64,000 nucleotides of DNA from an uncultured delta proteobacterium (GCA_963745035.1 CAVUVW010000013.1:1056001-1120000); one strand, 5' to 3'. Counted from the stretch's first letter, positions 46,913 to 60,094 are shown. Notes: generated by a model not told the origin, from the letters alone. Translations and numbers: made by a program.

Positions 46913-48016
46913 TTACGGATGCACGCTTTCGAGAAACCAGTCGGTGGGAATTTCCCGTCCAGCGCCCTTTGCCCTGGCTTGCTGCAACACAGCGGCGCCG
47001 ACGGCGGCGAACTGCAGGCCGATGCCGATGTTATTGAGAAAGCAGGTCGATTCCTGAGCGTCGGCGCGGCCCTGCGCCTTGCCGGTCACCAAGTCTTTGA
47101 GCTCCGGCGCCGACAGCCAGAACGGGTGCTCGACCTTGACCTCGTGCGCGCGGGCCGGACCCTTGCCGATCACATCGATGGCATCATGCGCTTCGATGCC
47201 TTCTTCGCCGAAGCCGGCGATGTAATTTTTCGGCGCATGCTGGTGCGCGTGAATCACCAGCCGGTCGATGCGACGAATCGTTTCATCGCCGAGCTCCGGC
47301 ACGCGCACGCAGGTGAGATGAAGCCCCGGCTTTACCCAGTCGGCGCTCACCACCTGCGTGAGAGAATTCGTCGTCGCGGCGATGATGTCGGCGTCCCTGA
47401 TCGCCTCTTCCGGCGTTTCCACGGCGCGCACCTCGGCTTCGACTTTGGGCTGCATTTCTTTGACGAACGCCTCGAGATTGGCCCGGGTCGGGCTGAACAC
47501 GTTGATCCGCTTGATCGGGCGCACGGCGCACATCGCCGGCAAGTGGCTGCCGGCCTGCCAACCCGAGCCGAACAGCGCCAAGGTGCTCGCGTCCTCGCGC
47601 GCCAGGTAGCGCGCCGCCAAGGCGCTGCTCGACGCCACGCGCATTCTTTGCACGACACCGTCGGGAAAAATCGCCAGCGGCTCGCCCGTCGTCGTGGAAA
47701 ACAACATGACGAGGCCGACGTATTTATCGCCGGGCGCCGAGGGAATCTTGGTTTTGATCACGCGACTCCCCTGCCGGTTCCAGCGAATGATGTCCGAGTT
47801 GATGCGCATGGCGACGATCGGCGGATCGTAAAGTCCCGCTTCCATCGATTTGAACGCGTACACGCCGGACTCCGTCGCCGAGGGCATGACCAGATCGGTG
47901 CGCGGCCGGTTGATCGCCGTGCCCTTCTCCCAGCTCCGGTACGCGCCTTCAAGCGCGTCGATGCATGTGCGGATGGTCAAGAACGACTCGATGTCTTCAT
48001 TGCTGAGAATAAGCAT
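46913..48016 (-). CDS. Ornithine cyclodeaminase/mu-crystallin family protein
   Basis: TGEPLAI, RVASSSALAARYLAR, FGSGWQA, ADIIAATTN, GIGLQF. Confidence 0.9.
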   Translation of the reverse strand: MLILSNEDIESFLTIRTCIDALEGAYRSWEKGTAINRPRTDLVMPSATESGVYAFKSMEAGLYDPPIVAMRINSDIIRWNRQGSRVIKTKIPSAPGDKYVGLVMLFSTTTGEPLAIFPDGVVQRMRVASSSALAARYLAREDASTLALFGSGWQAGSHLPAMCAVRPIKRINVFSPTRANLEAFVKEMQPKVEAEVRAVETPEEAIRDADIIAATTNSLTQVVSADWVKPGLHLTCVRVPELGDETIRRIDRLVIHAHQHAPKNYIAGFGEEGIEAHDAIDVIGKGPARAHEVKVEHPFWLSAPELKDLVTGKAQGRADAQESTCFLNNIGIGLQFAAVGAAVLQQARAKGAGREIPTDWFLESVHP

Positions 48017-48122
48017 GCTGCTGGCATATCAACGCGCCACAGACTCGTCAAGAAAGCTGCGGCGGTAGTGGCTCATTGAGTGAAACCGCGCCGGTTTTTA
48101 AAGGCTGGCACTTGATTTGAAC

Positions 48123-48150
48123 TGTCATCCTGAGCGCCGGCGAAGGATCT
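48123..48150. repeat. GTCAT-type REP (single arm)
   Basis: TGTCATCCTGAGCGCCGGCGAAGGATCT. Confidence 0.65.
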
Positions 48151-48235
48151 GTTTTTGAGTTGAATCACCAACGCGCCGGCGCTTTCTTGACTCGCGCGCT
48201 CGTCTTCGTCTAGTTTACGGCAGGAGGGCACGGTC

Positions 48236-49088
48236 ATGGCGGAACAAGATAGAGCAACCGTCGCGCTGCTTCATCCCGGCAACATGGGCGTCACCATCGG
48301 CGCGGCGGCCGCCGCCGGCGGCGCGCGCGTTCTGTGGGCGTCGAAAGACCGCGGCGCCGCCACTCGCCGCCGCGCCGAAGGAGCGAAGCTTATCGACGCG
48401 GGCGATCTGCCCGCGGCCGTAAGCCAGGCGCAGGTGGTCTTATCGGTCTGCCCGCCGCACGCCGCTCTCGATGTCGCGCGCGCGGTCGCGGCGGAGAAAT
48501 TCTCCGGCTTGTACGTCGATGCCAATGCCGTGTCGCGCGACACGGCGGAGGAAATCGGCAGGATCGTCGACGGCGCGGGAGCAAGCTTCGTCGACGGCGG
48601 CATCATCGGCTCGCCGGTCAAACAAGCGGGCACCACGCGGCTTTATCTCTCGGGAGCACGCGCCGCCGAAGTCGCCGCGCTGTTCCACGGCAGCATGCTC
48701 GACGCGCGCGCCATCGGCGCCGAACCCGGCGCCGCCTCGGCGTTGAAAGTCGCCTACGCCGCCTGGACCAAAGGCACCGATGCTTTGATTCTCGCGATCC
48801 GCGGCCTTCGCGGCTCATGAAGGGGTCGACAAAGCGCTGCTCGAAGAGTGGTCGATGTCCCAGCCGGCGCTGGAAAAAAAATGCGACCGGGCAGCGGCGG
48901 TCGCCGTGCCGAAGATGTGGCGCTACGTCGGCGAGATGCGCGAGATCGCGGAAGCTTTCGAGAGCGCGGGTCTGCCACCCGGCTTTCACCAGGCGGCGGC
49001 TGAAATCTGTGAACGGTTCGCCGCCTTCAAGGACCAGACCGAACCGGCACTTACGGTCGCCGAGGTCTTGCAGGCCTTGCAAGATTGA
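48236..49088 (+). CDS. NAD(P)-dependent oxidoreductase, 3-hydroxyisobutyrate-DH-like/DUF1932 (frameshift near 48805)
   Basis: LLHPGNMG, LSVCPP, FVDGGIIG, ASALKVAYAAWTKG, WRYVGEMREIA. Confidence 0.85.
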
Positions 49089-49227
49089 TCGCATTTCAAT
49101 ATACCGGCGCAGGAAAAAAATTCCGTGCCTCTTCTACCGGCCGTGTTTTTTTGCCAAGCTTTAGGTAGAGGAAGACAGCGTTTGAATTAACTTCAAAGGA
49201 GATGCTGCCACCGAGCGCACTGACATC

Positions 49228-49555
49228 ATGGAAGACTTCGGCTACATCCTCTCGGAAGCTCCGCTTTTTGTTCTGATCATCTGGTCCGCCGTCAAGCTCA
49301 TCCGCTGGCGCCGTTCCCGCGAAAATCGACCTGGGTTTAGCGACAACGATAAGCACGTACTATTTCACGCCGCTCAGCATGCCCCCGAGCGACTGGCAAT
49401 TCTATCTGCGATTTTTCTTTGTCGTGATTGCGGGAACGGCTCTCGGATCGCTGCTCATTGTCCTCTTGGCTCCGTTCGGAGCGGCGATCTTGGCCGGAGT
49501 CCTTATTCTGACCAGCGCGGCCCTCGTGTATGGAATCATGCTAACCGACCGCTGA
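49228..49555 (+). CDS. Small membrane protein (frameshift in T-run near 49415)
   Basis: N-terminal TM helix; two more hydrophobic helices in the shifted frame ending ...YGIMLTDR*. Confidence 0.5.
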
Positions 49556-49602
49556 CTCCGGGCCAAAATGTCCTCAACGCATGGAGTTCTACAAGAGTCG
49601 AA

Positions 49603-50064
49603 CTAGTCTCGCACCTGCACGGTAATCTCATTTTCCACCGGGGCGTCCTGGCTGAGCGACGCGACGCCCACCGCGGCCCGCGTGTGCTGGCCGCGCTCGC
49701 CCCACAGCTGCACCAATAAATCGGATTCGCCGTTCGCCACCTTGGGCATATCGGTAAAGCCCGGCGCGACGTTCACATAGCTCAGCACTTTGACGATGCG
49801 CTCGACCTTATCGAGATCTCCCAAAGCCGCTTTCATCGTGGCGAGGTGGTTGAGCGCGCAATTGCGCGCCGCTTCATAGGCTTGTTCCAGGGTCACCGCC
49901 TCGCCGACCTTGCCGCGATATTTGAGCGCGCCGTTGATGCGGCCGATGTTTCCGCCGATAAACAACAGGTTGCCCACGCGCACGCAGCCGATGTAATTTG
50001 CCGCCGGCACCGGCGGATTCGGCAGCTCGTATCCCAGTTCCTTGAGCTTCTTCTCGATTTCCAT
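49603..50064 (-). CDS. RidA/YjgF family protein
   Basis: RBS GGAGG; PVPAANY, GKVG, VANGESDLLV, HTRAAVGVASL. Confidence 0.9.
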   Translation of the reverse strand: MEIEKKLKELGYELPNPPVPAANYIGCVRVGNLLFIGGNIGRINGALKYRGKVGEAVTLEQAYEAARNCALNHLATMKAALGDLDKVERIVKVLSYVNVAPGFTDMPKVANGESDLLVQLWGERGQHTRAAVGVASLSQDAPVENEITVQVRD

Positions 50065-50428
50065 GACTCCTCCTTCCTGCTTGAAACGAATGCCAACTCT
50101 AGTGGACTCTCGCGCATGGATGCAAGTTGAGGGGCGCGGGATATCCAGACTCGAAAATCTTGAGCGTAGAGTGCGGCCCCGGTCGTAACGCCTTGGCGAT
50201 AATCCCGGTTCCGGGACATCGTTCCGGCGGGAGTTTTTGTCATATTGACTATTAAGGAACGGAGCAATATCAAATAGCCATGACCTCCGGCCACGCCCGA
50301 AGCGCGCTCGATCGATGGCGGCGTCCTGGCGACGTTCTCCCTTCGAGCACGGCGGATCGAGGGTATCGGCGCGGCCCAATCGACGCACCCTCGGGCCCAT
50401 TCTCCGAGCCTGTAACGGTGCTTCATCA

Positions 50429-50444
50429 CGGCACGTCTAATGCG
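50429..50444 (+). promoter_or_regulatory. Candidate sigma-54 promoter
   Basis: CGGCACGTCTAATGCG with canonical spacing upstream of the 68-aa ORF. Confidence 0.45.
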
Positions 50445-50509
50445 GAAAGATCGCCAGGGATACCTCAGTTACCGACACAAACCTAAAGGGAAAAAAGGAG
50501 GAACAGCAG

Positions 50510-50716
50510 ATGAACACGTGGGAAGCCATTTTCAGTCAGAGCCCGGTCAACAATGGTTATTACAACGGCGAGAAGCTGCCGCAGGTCCATTGGGAGTGGC
50601 CGAAACGCACGTGGTTTCAGGCGCGCTTAAATCAGGTCCGCGAACTTGATCGTCCCTGGTCGGTGAAAAGCGCCAGGGAAGAGTTCCCGTCCGCGCGCCC
50701 GCTGCGCACGATGTAA
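50510..50716 (+). CDS. Small hypothetical protein (68 aa)
   Basis: Strong RBS AAGGAGG 9 nt before the ATG; Trp-rich sequence. Confidence 0.55.
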   Translation: MNTWEAIFSQSPVNNGYYNGEKLPQVHWEWPKRTWFQARLNQVRELDRPWSVKSAREEFPSARPLRTM

Positions 50717-50967
50717 CCAGTTCGGATGAAAATCGTTTGAGGCCGGCGTCGGCGCCGGCATCCCGGCCGCTGCTCTGCATGAAAAGAGCAAGACGGACGG
50801 GTGTAATCGGCGCCGTGCCGGGAATAGCGGTTTCGAAGTTGGCGCCGCGTCGCCATTGTCGATCGGCACCGTTTGAATATCCCGCGAACCTTGAAAAATT
50901 GCATCCGTGATCTCTTTATTTGCAATCGCCTGCATTACCGGCGCACTCAGCGTCTAAAATACAGCAG

Positions 50968-51480
50968 CAAGGATCAGGGGCTGCGCCGCGGCGTTTTACG
51001 TCGCCTGCCAATTTGCCGGCGCGCTGCTGGGCGCGGCGGTCGCGGCGTTTCTTCTCTCATCTTGGATTTCTCACCCCGCGGTAAATTACGCCGTGACGGC
51101 GCCCGGCGCCGCCGGGATCTGGCCGGCGTTTTTTGCTGAAGTCGCGATCACGTTCCTGCTGATGACGGTGATCTTGCAGATCTCGAATCGCCCGCGGCTG
51201 CACAGGTTCACGGGCTTATGCGCCGGTTTGCTGGTGGCCGCCTACATCACCTTCGAAGCGCCGATTTCCGGTATGAGCATGAACCCAGCGCGCACCTTCG
51301 CTTCGGCCGTGCCCGCGCGCCAATGGTCCGATTTATGGATCTACTTCACTGCGCCCGTCATCGGCATGCTTGCGGCGCGGGAACTTTATATGCGAACTTG
51401 GGGCGCTTCACAGCCGGGCTGCGCCAAGCTACATCACGAAAATCCCATGCGCTGCATTTTTTGCGGCAAGCCCGGACGGA
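50968..51480 (+). pseudogene. C-terminal half of an aquaporin/MIP channel
   Basis: YVACQFAGALLG, AEVAITFLLM, SGMSMNPART, WIYFTAP, CAKLHH..RCIFC tail. An in-frame TAA lies just upstream and the first NPA is missing. Confidence 0.75.
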
Positions 51481-51513
51481 GCTTCCAGGAATCGCGGGCA
51501 AGAAAGGATCCCC

Positions 51514-52131
51514 ATGAACCTGACGATCAACACAGTGGCAATCGGCCTATCGGCGGCGATTTACTTTTCCGGCTGCGCGGGTCTCCAAGTCGCCCGGCAG
51601 GTGCAAGCCGGACGCAACGCGCTGCAGACGGGAAGGCCGCAGGACGCCGTCGCCTTTCTGGCGCCGGCGGCGGAGAGCGATCCCGGTTATCGGATTCCTT
51701 ACCGCGTCGGCGTAGGCGTGTTGACCTATCTCGGCAGAGCCTACTACGAGAGTGGCAGAGACAAAGACGCTCAAGTCGCTTTGGAGAAGGCGCTGGGCCG
51801 CGATCCAAACGATCACTTGGCCCGCGTTTACCTCGGTCTTGCCCGCTTGCGCAGCGGCGAAACGACGCCGGGACGCAAGGATGTGGAAGCCGGCCTCAAA
51901 GGTCTTCATGAAACATTGGATTATCTTGCCGCGGACAGCATCTCCGGCCCTTTCTGGGATCCGGCCGGCACTCTCCGTTCTGAAATCAGGACGGCTCTCG
52001 CCGCCAAGGCCGCCGACGAGCTTTGGGTCGCCTCGGTCGAGCGGATCGGCCGCGAATTCGATGAAGAGATCGACGAGGCTCGGCGGGACGAGTCCCGGTC
52101 GCGCGAGCGCGGCAGCGGCGGCGGCGAATAA
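51514..52131 (+). CDS. TPR-containing lipoprotein
   Basis: RBS AAGGA; lipobox FSGC; TYLGRAYY...ALEKALGRDPNDHLARVYLGLA TPR pattern. Confidence 0.8.
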   Translation: MNLTINTVAIGLSAAIYFSGCAGLQVARQVQAGRNALQTGRPQDAVAFLAPAAESDPGYRIPYRVGVGVLTYLGRAYYESGRDKDAQVALEKALGRDPNDHLARVYLGLARLRSGETTPGRKDVEAGLKGLHETLDYLAADSISGPFWDPAGTLRSEIRTALAAKAADELWVASVERIGREFDEEIDEARRDESRSRERGSGGGE

Positions 52132-52329
52132 CGCCTATTTCGTGTAACCAAACTAAACGGCGGGAATTTACGCGAGCTGAACGTTGCGCGGCATGCTTGC
52201 GCCATTGGCCCGGCCTGAAAAGGACATGCCCTCTTCCGCCGCTCGATCAGGGATGTGGTGACCGCCGCGTTTCTCGCTCACAGCGCCACGCCATCTCCGA
52301 CCAATTCACGCAGGCTGATGCGCAATGAT

Positions 52330-52689
52330 GAATCCTTATTCCGTCATGAGACGACCATCTCGGGCATGCCGGGCGACCGGTTGTCGATCACGTTGATGAT
52401 GGGACAATCGAACGACTGGTTCTACGCTCCGGCCGAATCCGGCATCCACCTGTTCCAAAACGGCAAAGCGATGAGCGGCGACATTTCCGCGCAGCTCTAT
52501 CTGTAGAATGCCGGCACCGAAGTGGATCAGGAAGCGGGCATCGGCTCGCAACAAGGACCGCGCCAGAAGGGGCCGAACACCGGCAAAGCCGAGAACGGCG
52601 TCGTGCAGAAAGTCCAAGACGGCAAACCTTACTCGAACGCTTCCAGCGTGCTGCGCGTCACCATCACGCCGGCAATCCCTGCGATGTAA
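52330..52689 (+). pseudogene. Spondin_N-domain protein remnant
   Basis: PGDRLSITLMMGQSNDWFYAP...LYL*NAGTEVDQE: TAG at 52504 replaces the conserved Trp and the N-terminus is absent. Confidence 0.7.
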
Positions 52690-52884
52690 TATCGCGTATC
52701 TCGCGATCCTGCCCACAGCATCGGCGGCCTGGTCGGATTCTGATAAATCCGGCCAGGCCGCCGCTTTTGTATTCGCTCATTTGGTCAAGCGATTGACTTA
52801 GGGTTCCGGGCGGGGACACTGCTTTGAATCCCTGTTCCGCGGCTGGCCATTTTTCGTCGGCAACGGCGTGCTAGAATTGAATCG

Positions 52885-54474
52885 ATGAACTTTTCCGACT
52901 TCGCCGCGCTGTGCTACGAGCTGGAGAAAACTCCGGGCCGCCTGGCGAAAGTCGCCGCGGCGGCCGACTACCTGCGCCGTCTTGAACCGCACGAAATCCG
53001 CCCGGGAGTGGCATTTTTGTCCGGCCGACCCTTTCCGGTTTCCGATCCGCGCACCCTCGACATCGGACCCGGAGTCGTTCACCCATGTCGCTGAAGTGCC
53101 GCAAGCCGAGGCCTCCGTCCTGCCTGCGCTGAAGCTCGTCGACGTCGCAAACAGCTTCGCCCAAATCGCCGAAGCATCCGGTAAAGGCTCGCGCGAGCTA
53201 AAGCATGCGCGGCTTCGAGAGCTCGTCGAAATGACTTCCGCGGAGGAGCGGCCGATTTTGTTTCGACTGCTCCACAACGAGCTGCGCATCGGACTCCACG
53301 ACGGGCTCATTCTGGAGGCGATAGCGCGCGCGTCCGGCGGCGAGCTCAAGGCCGCCCGCCGCGCCGCGCTCTTTCTTTCCGACCTCGCCGAAGTCGCTGT
53401 CGATCGCTTTGACTGAAAGCGCCGCCGGACTGCGCCGAAGTCGATATCAAACTTTTCGTCCCGCTCCTGCCGATGCTTTCCGAGCTTTCGCAGGATTTCG
53501 AGCAGATCCTCAAAGCGCACGATGGAAGGACCGCGCTCGAGTACAAATACGACGGCGCGCGCGTGCAGATCCACCGGGAGCGCGAGCAGGTTCGGATCTG
53601 GAGCCGGCGCCTGACCGAAGTTACGGCGAGCGTGCCGGAGATCGTCGAGATCGCGCGCAACGAACTGCAAGGAGAATCATTTATCCTCGACGCCGAAGTC
53701 GTAGCGACGGGGAATGACGGCCGCCCCTTTCCTTTTCAAGAACTGATGCGGCGTTTTCGGCGCGTTCACGACATCGAAACGGCGGCTGGGGAAATTCCGC
53801 TTTCCTTGCACCTGTTCGATTGCCTCTATTTGAACGGCCGCTCGCTCATCGACGAGACCTACGAGGCGCGCTGGCGCACGCTCGCAAAAATTTCACACGA
53901 CAAATATCTCGCGGCGCGAAAGATCGTCGGCGACAAAAGCGCAGCCGAGATCTTTCTCAGCCAATCCATCGCCGCGGGCCACGAAGGACTCATGGCCAAG
54001 GCGCTGAACAGCGCCTACATGCCGGGCAACCGCGGCAAGCTCTGGTTCAAAGTGAAACCGGCCGAGACCGTCGATTGCGTGATCCTCGCGGCCGATCGCG
54101 GCTCGGGAAGGCGGCGGGGTTGGCTTTCCAACTATCATCTGGCGGTGGCGAATGACGATGGCAGCTTCGCTCCCGTGGGCAAAACATTTAAGGGCCTCAC
54201 CGACAAGCAGTTCGACGAAATGACCGCGAGGCTGCAGGCGATACAATCGAGCGACGACGGCTATACCGTGACCGTCCGGCCCGAAGTCGTCGTCGAAGTC
54301 GCTTATAATGAAATCCAACACAGCCCGCAGTACAGCTCGGGTTTCGCCTTGAGATTCGCGCGCATCAAGAGAATTCGCGAGGACAAAGCGCCGGGACAAA
54401 TTACGACGCTTGCCGAGCTTCAATCGCTCTATGATCGCCAGTTCCAAACCAAGAGCCGCCGGCAGTCCGAGTAA
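52885..54474 (+). CDS. ATP-dependent DNA ligase, LigB/archaeal-like (frameshifts near 53070 and 53400-53435)
   Basis: EYKYDGARVQIH adenylation motif, ILDAEV, LFDCL, HEGLMAK, W.KVK, ALRFAR.KRIREDK. Confidence 0.9.
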
Positions 54475-54542
54475 GCGACCTACCGGCGCTGGCTCATCCG
54501 CGTGGTTGACACCGCATCAATTTATCCGATACTTGGCCGCAT

Positions 54543-55935
<1,393 letters not shown>

Positions 55936-55956
55936 TCGCTAGGAAATCGGTTTTGC

Positions 55957-58469
55957 TCACCGCGATCGAGCGGCTGACTTGGCCTTGCGGGTTACGTTCT
56001 GCGGCTTGCCTATCGGTTTTGCCGCTACTACTTCGGTCGGTCGCAGCAAAGCCAGCGAAACCGGAATCAAAGAAAAATAGCACAGCGCGCCCAGCACGAG
56101 CGTCGCGCCGATGCCGAGCGCGAGGCTTAACGTCACGGCGATAATCGACGCAAGCACTCCGGCTGCGCCGTTGATCCCCCAAAACCACGGCGTCGGCTTG
56201 GCGTCGATTGCCGAAACCAGGCGCATGCCGGTGGGAAAGCCGAAGCCGAGCAAGATTCCCGCCGGAGCAATGACCGCCACGCATGCGCCGATTCTCATCC
56301 CAAGCTCGGCGGCGCTCAGCGCTTCGAACAACGGCCCGAGAAAAACCGGCAAGGACACGGCGTAGCCGCCGGTCGCGATACCCCACGCCACCAGCCGGCG
56401 GCCGCTTCCAAGCGCCAATTTTTCTGACATAAAACTGCCGATGCCGGTGGATAGAATCAGCGTCGAAAGCAGCACGCTCAACGAATAGACCGGATGGCCG
56501 AGAAAAATGCTCAAGCGCTGCAAGAGGCCGATCTCGATCAGCATGAAGCCCATGCCGATCAGCGAAAAATAAAGCGTGCCGTAGCTCACCAGCCGGCGAG
56601 CCGACTTGGCGCACCGCGCCGCGCAGCGGGATCAGCAATACGGCGACAACCAGAAGCAGCGCGATCGCGAAAAGCACGAGCAGAGTGGCCGTGGCGACGA
56701 GATTGCCGCGCCGCACGCCGCCCCCTTCCGAGGTGGTTGCGAGTACGCCGCGGACAAAAGCCAATGCGTCCAGCGGCCGCGAGAGCGGCAATTGGTTGAA
56801 GAAGAACGGCCGCTCATCGGTCGGCGGAGTGAGATCGAACGGCAGGTTGCCGGTAAACGATTCGAGCGAACGCCGATCCGGCGCATTGACGATGCGCGCG
56901 AGCACTCTCGAGGCGGGCTCGCGGCTCGGCGTGATGAGGATTTCGTGTTGATAGAACGCGGCCGCGTTTTCGAGCGCTTCGACATCGCCGGGAGACAACG
57001 GCGATCTGGAAAGCACCAACGTCGCGATGCGTCCTTCTGCGCGGCGAGAAAAAGATGGCGCCGCGGCTCGCGGATACCCGTCTCCAGGAGGGTCGCCACC
57101 GCCAAGCTGACGATCCTGCCGGTCTCGTCCGGCGCGCTCGGCTCGTACCAGCGGCTGACCGTGAGAACCCCTTTCGCGCTGAGGCGGCCGATAAACATCT
57201 TCCATGCTTCGACCGTATAAAGACCGTTCTCACTGAGCGTGAATGCGCCCGCGCCGGTCGCCGCCCAGGTGTCGACCAGGCTCATCTGGATCACGTCGAA
57301 GGAATTTCGATTGCGCGCCAGCCAGCTTCGCCCTTCATCGGCGACGAAGCGCACCCCGGGTAGCGCCGCAAGATTGGTAAAGTCCCGCAAGCCGTCGGCG
57401 CGCGTCTGCAGATCGACGAGAATCGGATTCAGCTCCACGGCGGTGATTTCTTTTAATCCGAACAGCGCCGCCGACAAGACATCGCGGCCGCCGCCGGCGC
57501 CGATCACCACGCCGCGTTCGCGGCCCGGCAGAAAGTAACCCAGGTTGGTCACGTCGTATTTGAGAAACTCGACCGTGTTGAAATTACCGTCGAAGCGGTA
57601 CGCCGTAGTGCCGGCGTCGCCGTCGATGAAAAGATCGACCTGCTCGGCGAGCCAGCGCCGCTCGAACATCTTCGGCGAGGGCCCCACATGATCGGCATGC
57701 CGGCGAACACCGGACTCACGTCCACGCGCGAAAAAGAATTCCAGCGCCGCAGTGCATGAGTTCCGGGAAATTCGAATTTGCCCTTGACCGCGATCGGCTG
57801 GAGGCCATGCTCGAGATGGGGATTGATCAGCGCCGCAAGCGGCAGTGCGAGAAAAATCCACCGGCGCTCCCACAGCCAGGTATGCAGTGGCGGTTTGCTT
57901 TCCGGCACGGTGCCGAGCCCGGAAGCGGCAAAGGCCAGCGCTCCCGCCGCGGCGAAAACCGCGACCCAGAGAACCGCGGACGGTCCGTCGGTGAGCTGCA
58001 ATAACAGCAGCGCGCCGACTGCGCCGCTCGCCGCGCCGACGAGGTCGACGCCATAAACGCGCGAGACCGGATAAGGGCTGCGGGTGAGCGCGAGACTGAT
58101 GACCACGCCGGCGAAAAAAAACGGCAGGGCCAAACAAACCGCAAGCTCGGTCCACACCCAAAACGTCGTGGCGAGCCGCGTGATCACCGGCGCCAGCGTC
58201 ATCTGCGCCGCGAGACAGACCGCAGTCGCAAAGGCAAGCAAGCCGCTGAAATACGCGAGATCGTAAGAAAGCGTCTTCGCCGTGAAGCGCTCGCCCTTCA
58301 GATAAACCCACACCGCGCCCGCGGTCAGCCCGAACATCGCCAGGCTGATCACGAAGAAAGCCAGGTGATACCAGACCACTACGGAAAGAATCCGCGTCTG
58401 GACGATCTGCAGCATCAAAGCCGCGAAGCTGACGAGAAATACGCCGATGTAGAAATTGCCCCTGCGCAT
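55957..58469 (-). CDS. Multi-pass membrane protein with central spermidine-synthase-like SAM-dependent methyltransferase domain (frameshifted)
   Basis: N-terminal TMs (TRILSVVVWYHLAF), WNSFSRVDV, IGAGGGRDV, VELNP, DTWAAT..ENGLYT, C-terminal TMs (LGHPVYSL, WGINGAAGV). Confidence 0.82.
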
Positions 58470-58757
58470 GAAAATCGGCTATTCGGCAGTCGCGGCGAGA
58501 AAATGGCGGCGTCGCAAATGCGCGGCGGCGCGCTCTAGGTCTCCCGCTCTGGTCCGGCGCCATCTTGCCCAGCTCTTCAAGGCGTGGCAAGTAAAGCAGA
58601 CAAGAATTTTTCGGCGCATCAGATCGAGCCTTTCTCGTTCGTTTCTCTAACACGCGCAGGGAAAAATTTCGACGCTAAAATTATGTCCGCGCCGGTACTC
58701 CGCGAGAGCTCGCCGCCGGTCGCGATCCGAGCGGTGACGCTCGCGAGCATATTGTCG

Positions 58758-59987
58758 ATGACTGCATTATTGAATCCCAGCCCACTCGCCCGCGGCCTGA
58801 CGACGCTCTACACGAGCGCGCTGCTCGCCGGCATGTGGTCGATGATCGTGCCGGCGATTCCGGTGCTGGCGAAGTCCTTCGGCATCAGCCCCGGCACCGC
58901 CGCGCAGATCATCACCGCGCTCGCCCTCGGCCGGTTCGCCGGCATGCCGATCAGCGGCATCGTGCTCGACCGCATGGGAACGCGCGCCGCGCTCACATCG
59001 GGCCCCGCGCTGGTCACCGCCGCGGCGCTCCTGGCCGGCGTCACGCCCTGGTTCGGCGCGATCCTCGCTTTAGTTTTCTTGATCGGCATCGGCGAAAGCA
59101 TCTGGGTGATCGCGCGCGAAGTGGCGGGCATCGATCTTGCGCGCCAGGACCAGCGCGGCCGGGTTTTGAGCGGCTTTCACGGCATCAACAATCTCGGCCT
59201 TGCCTTGGGCCCGCTCCTCGGCGGATTGCTCACCGAGTCGTTCGGTTTTCGCGCGGTTTTTTTCGCCTACGCCGGCTGCTCCACTGCATCGATTCTGTTG
59301 GCCGCGACCGTCGCCGCCGCGCCGGCGGCGCCGCCCGACAAAGCGATCGCCAAACCGAATTGGAGTTTTGCCGCGCTCAGCGGCCATTTGCGCGGCTTGA
59401 AGGAGTTGTTCCAGCAGATCGATCCCGACCTGCGCGCGACCTATGTCGTCCTCACCTTCGCCACCTTGACCAGCTTCATGCATCGCGTGACGACCCAGAG
59501 CATGCTGCCGCTGCTGGCAAGCGCGGATCTCGGCCTGTCGCCCAAAGACATCGGCATGCTGTTCACGATCTCCGGAGTGTCGGTCTTCGCGATGATCCTG
59601 CCCGCCGGCTTCGTCATCGACAAAGTCGGCAGAAAATGGGCCACGGTGCCGAGCACAGGCATTCCCGCCATCGCTTTTCTGTTCATCCCCTTCGCGCAGA
59701 ATTTTTTTCAGCTCGCCGTGCTGCTCTCTTTTCTCGGCATCGCCAACGGCCTGTCGCTCGGATCGCTCGCGACCTCGACCTTCGACGTGGTTCCCGCGCA
59801 CGCGCGCGGCCGGCTCCAGGCGGCGCGCCGCACCATCGCCGAGACCGGCGGGGTCGCCGCGCCGCTGCTCGGCGGCTGGCTCGCCGACCGCTTCGATCCC
59901 GGCGTGCCGTTTCTCGCCTACGCGCCGCTGCTCGTGCTTTCCGCCCTGCTGCTCGCCCTCGTCGCCCGCGAAACGCTGCAAAAGTGA
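58758..59987 (+). CDS. MFS transporter (start uncertain)
   Basis: About 12 hydrophobic segments; G.VLDRMGTR and GFVIDKVGRK motif-A copies. Confidence 0.88.
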   Translation: MTALLNPSPLARGLTTLYTSALLAGMWSMIVPAIPVLAKSFGISPGTAAQIITALALGRFAGMPISGIVLDRMGTRAALTSGPALVTAAALLAGVTPWFGAILALVFLIGIGESIWVIAREVAGIDLARQDQRGRVLSGFHGINNLGLALGPLLGGLLTESFGFRAVFFAYAGCSTASILLAATVAAAPAAPPDKAIAKPNWSFAALSGHLRGLKELFQQIDPDLRATYVVLTFATLTSFMHRVTTQSMLPLLASADLGLSPKDIGMLFTISGVSVFAMILPAGFVIDKVGRKWATVPSTGIPAIAFLFIPFAQNFFQLAVLLSFLGIANGLSLGSLATSTFDVVPAHARGRLQAARRTIAETGGVAAPLLGGWLADRFDPGVPFLAYAPLLVLSALLLALVARETLQK

Positions 59988-60068
59988 GAGCGCGTCTCAA
60001 GTGCTGGCGTATGCGGCTCGCTGATTTTAATATCCGCCGATTTCAAAATTGCTGCTTGATTCGAGCTC

Positions 60069-60094
60069 TCATCCTGAACGGTAGTGAAGGATCT
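60069..60094. repeat. Degenerate GTCAT-type REP arm
   Basis: TCATCCTGAACGGTAGTGAAGGATCT resembles the 48123 copy. Confidence 0.5.

Noticed and set aside
48106-48121. TGGCAC sigma-54-like site before the oxidoreductase
   Set aside because: The -12 element reads TTGA rather than TTGC.
51093-51911. 272-aa aquaporin with long C-terminal extension
   Set aside because: MIP similarity ends near 51480; the rest overlaps the TPR lipoprotein in another frame.
52504-52506. In-frame TAG as pyrrolysine or stop-codon reassignment
   Set aside because: It sits at a conserved Trp (TGG to TAG) in an already truncated gene, and TAG terminates other genes in the window normally.
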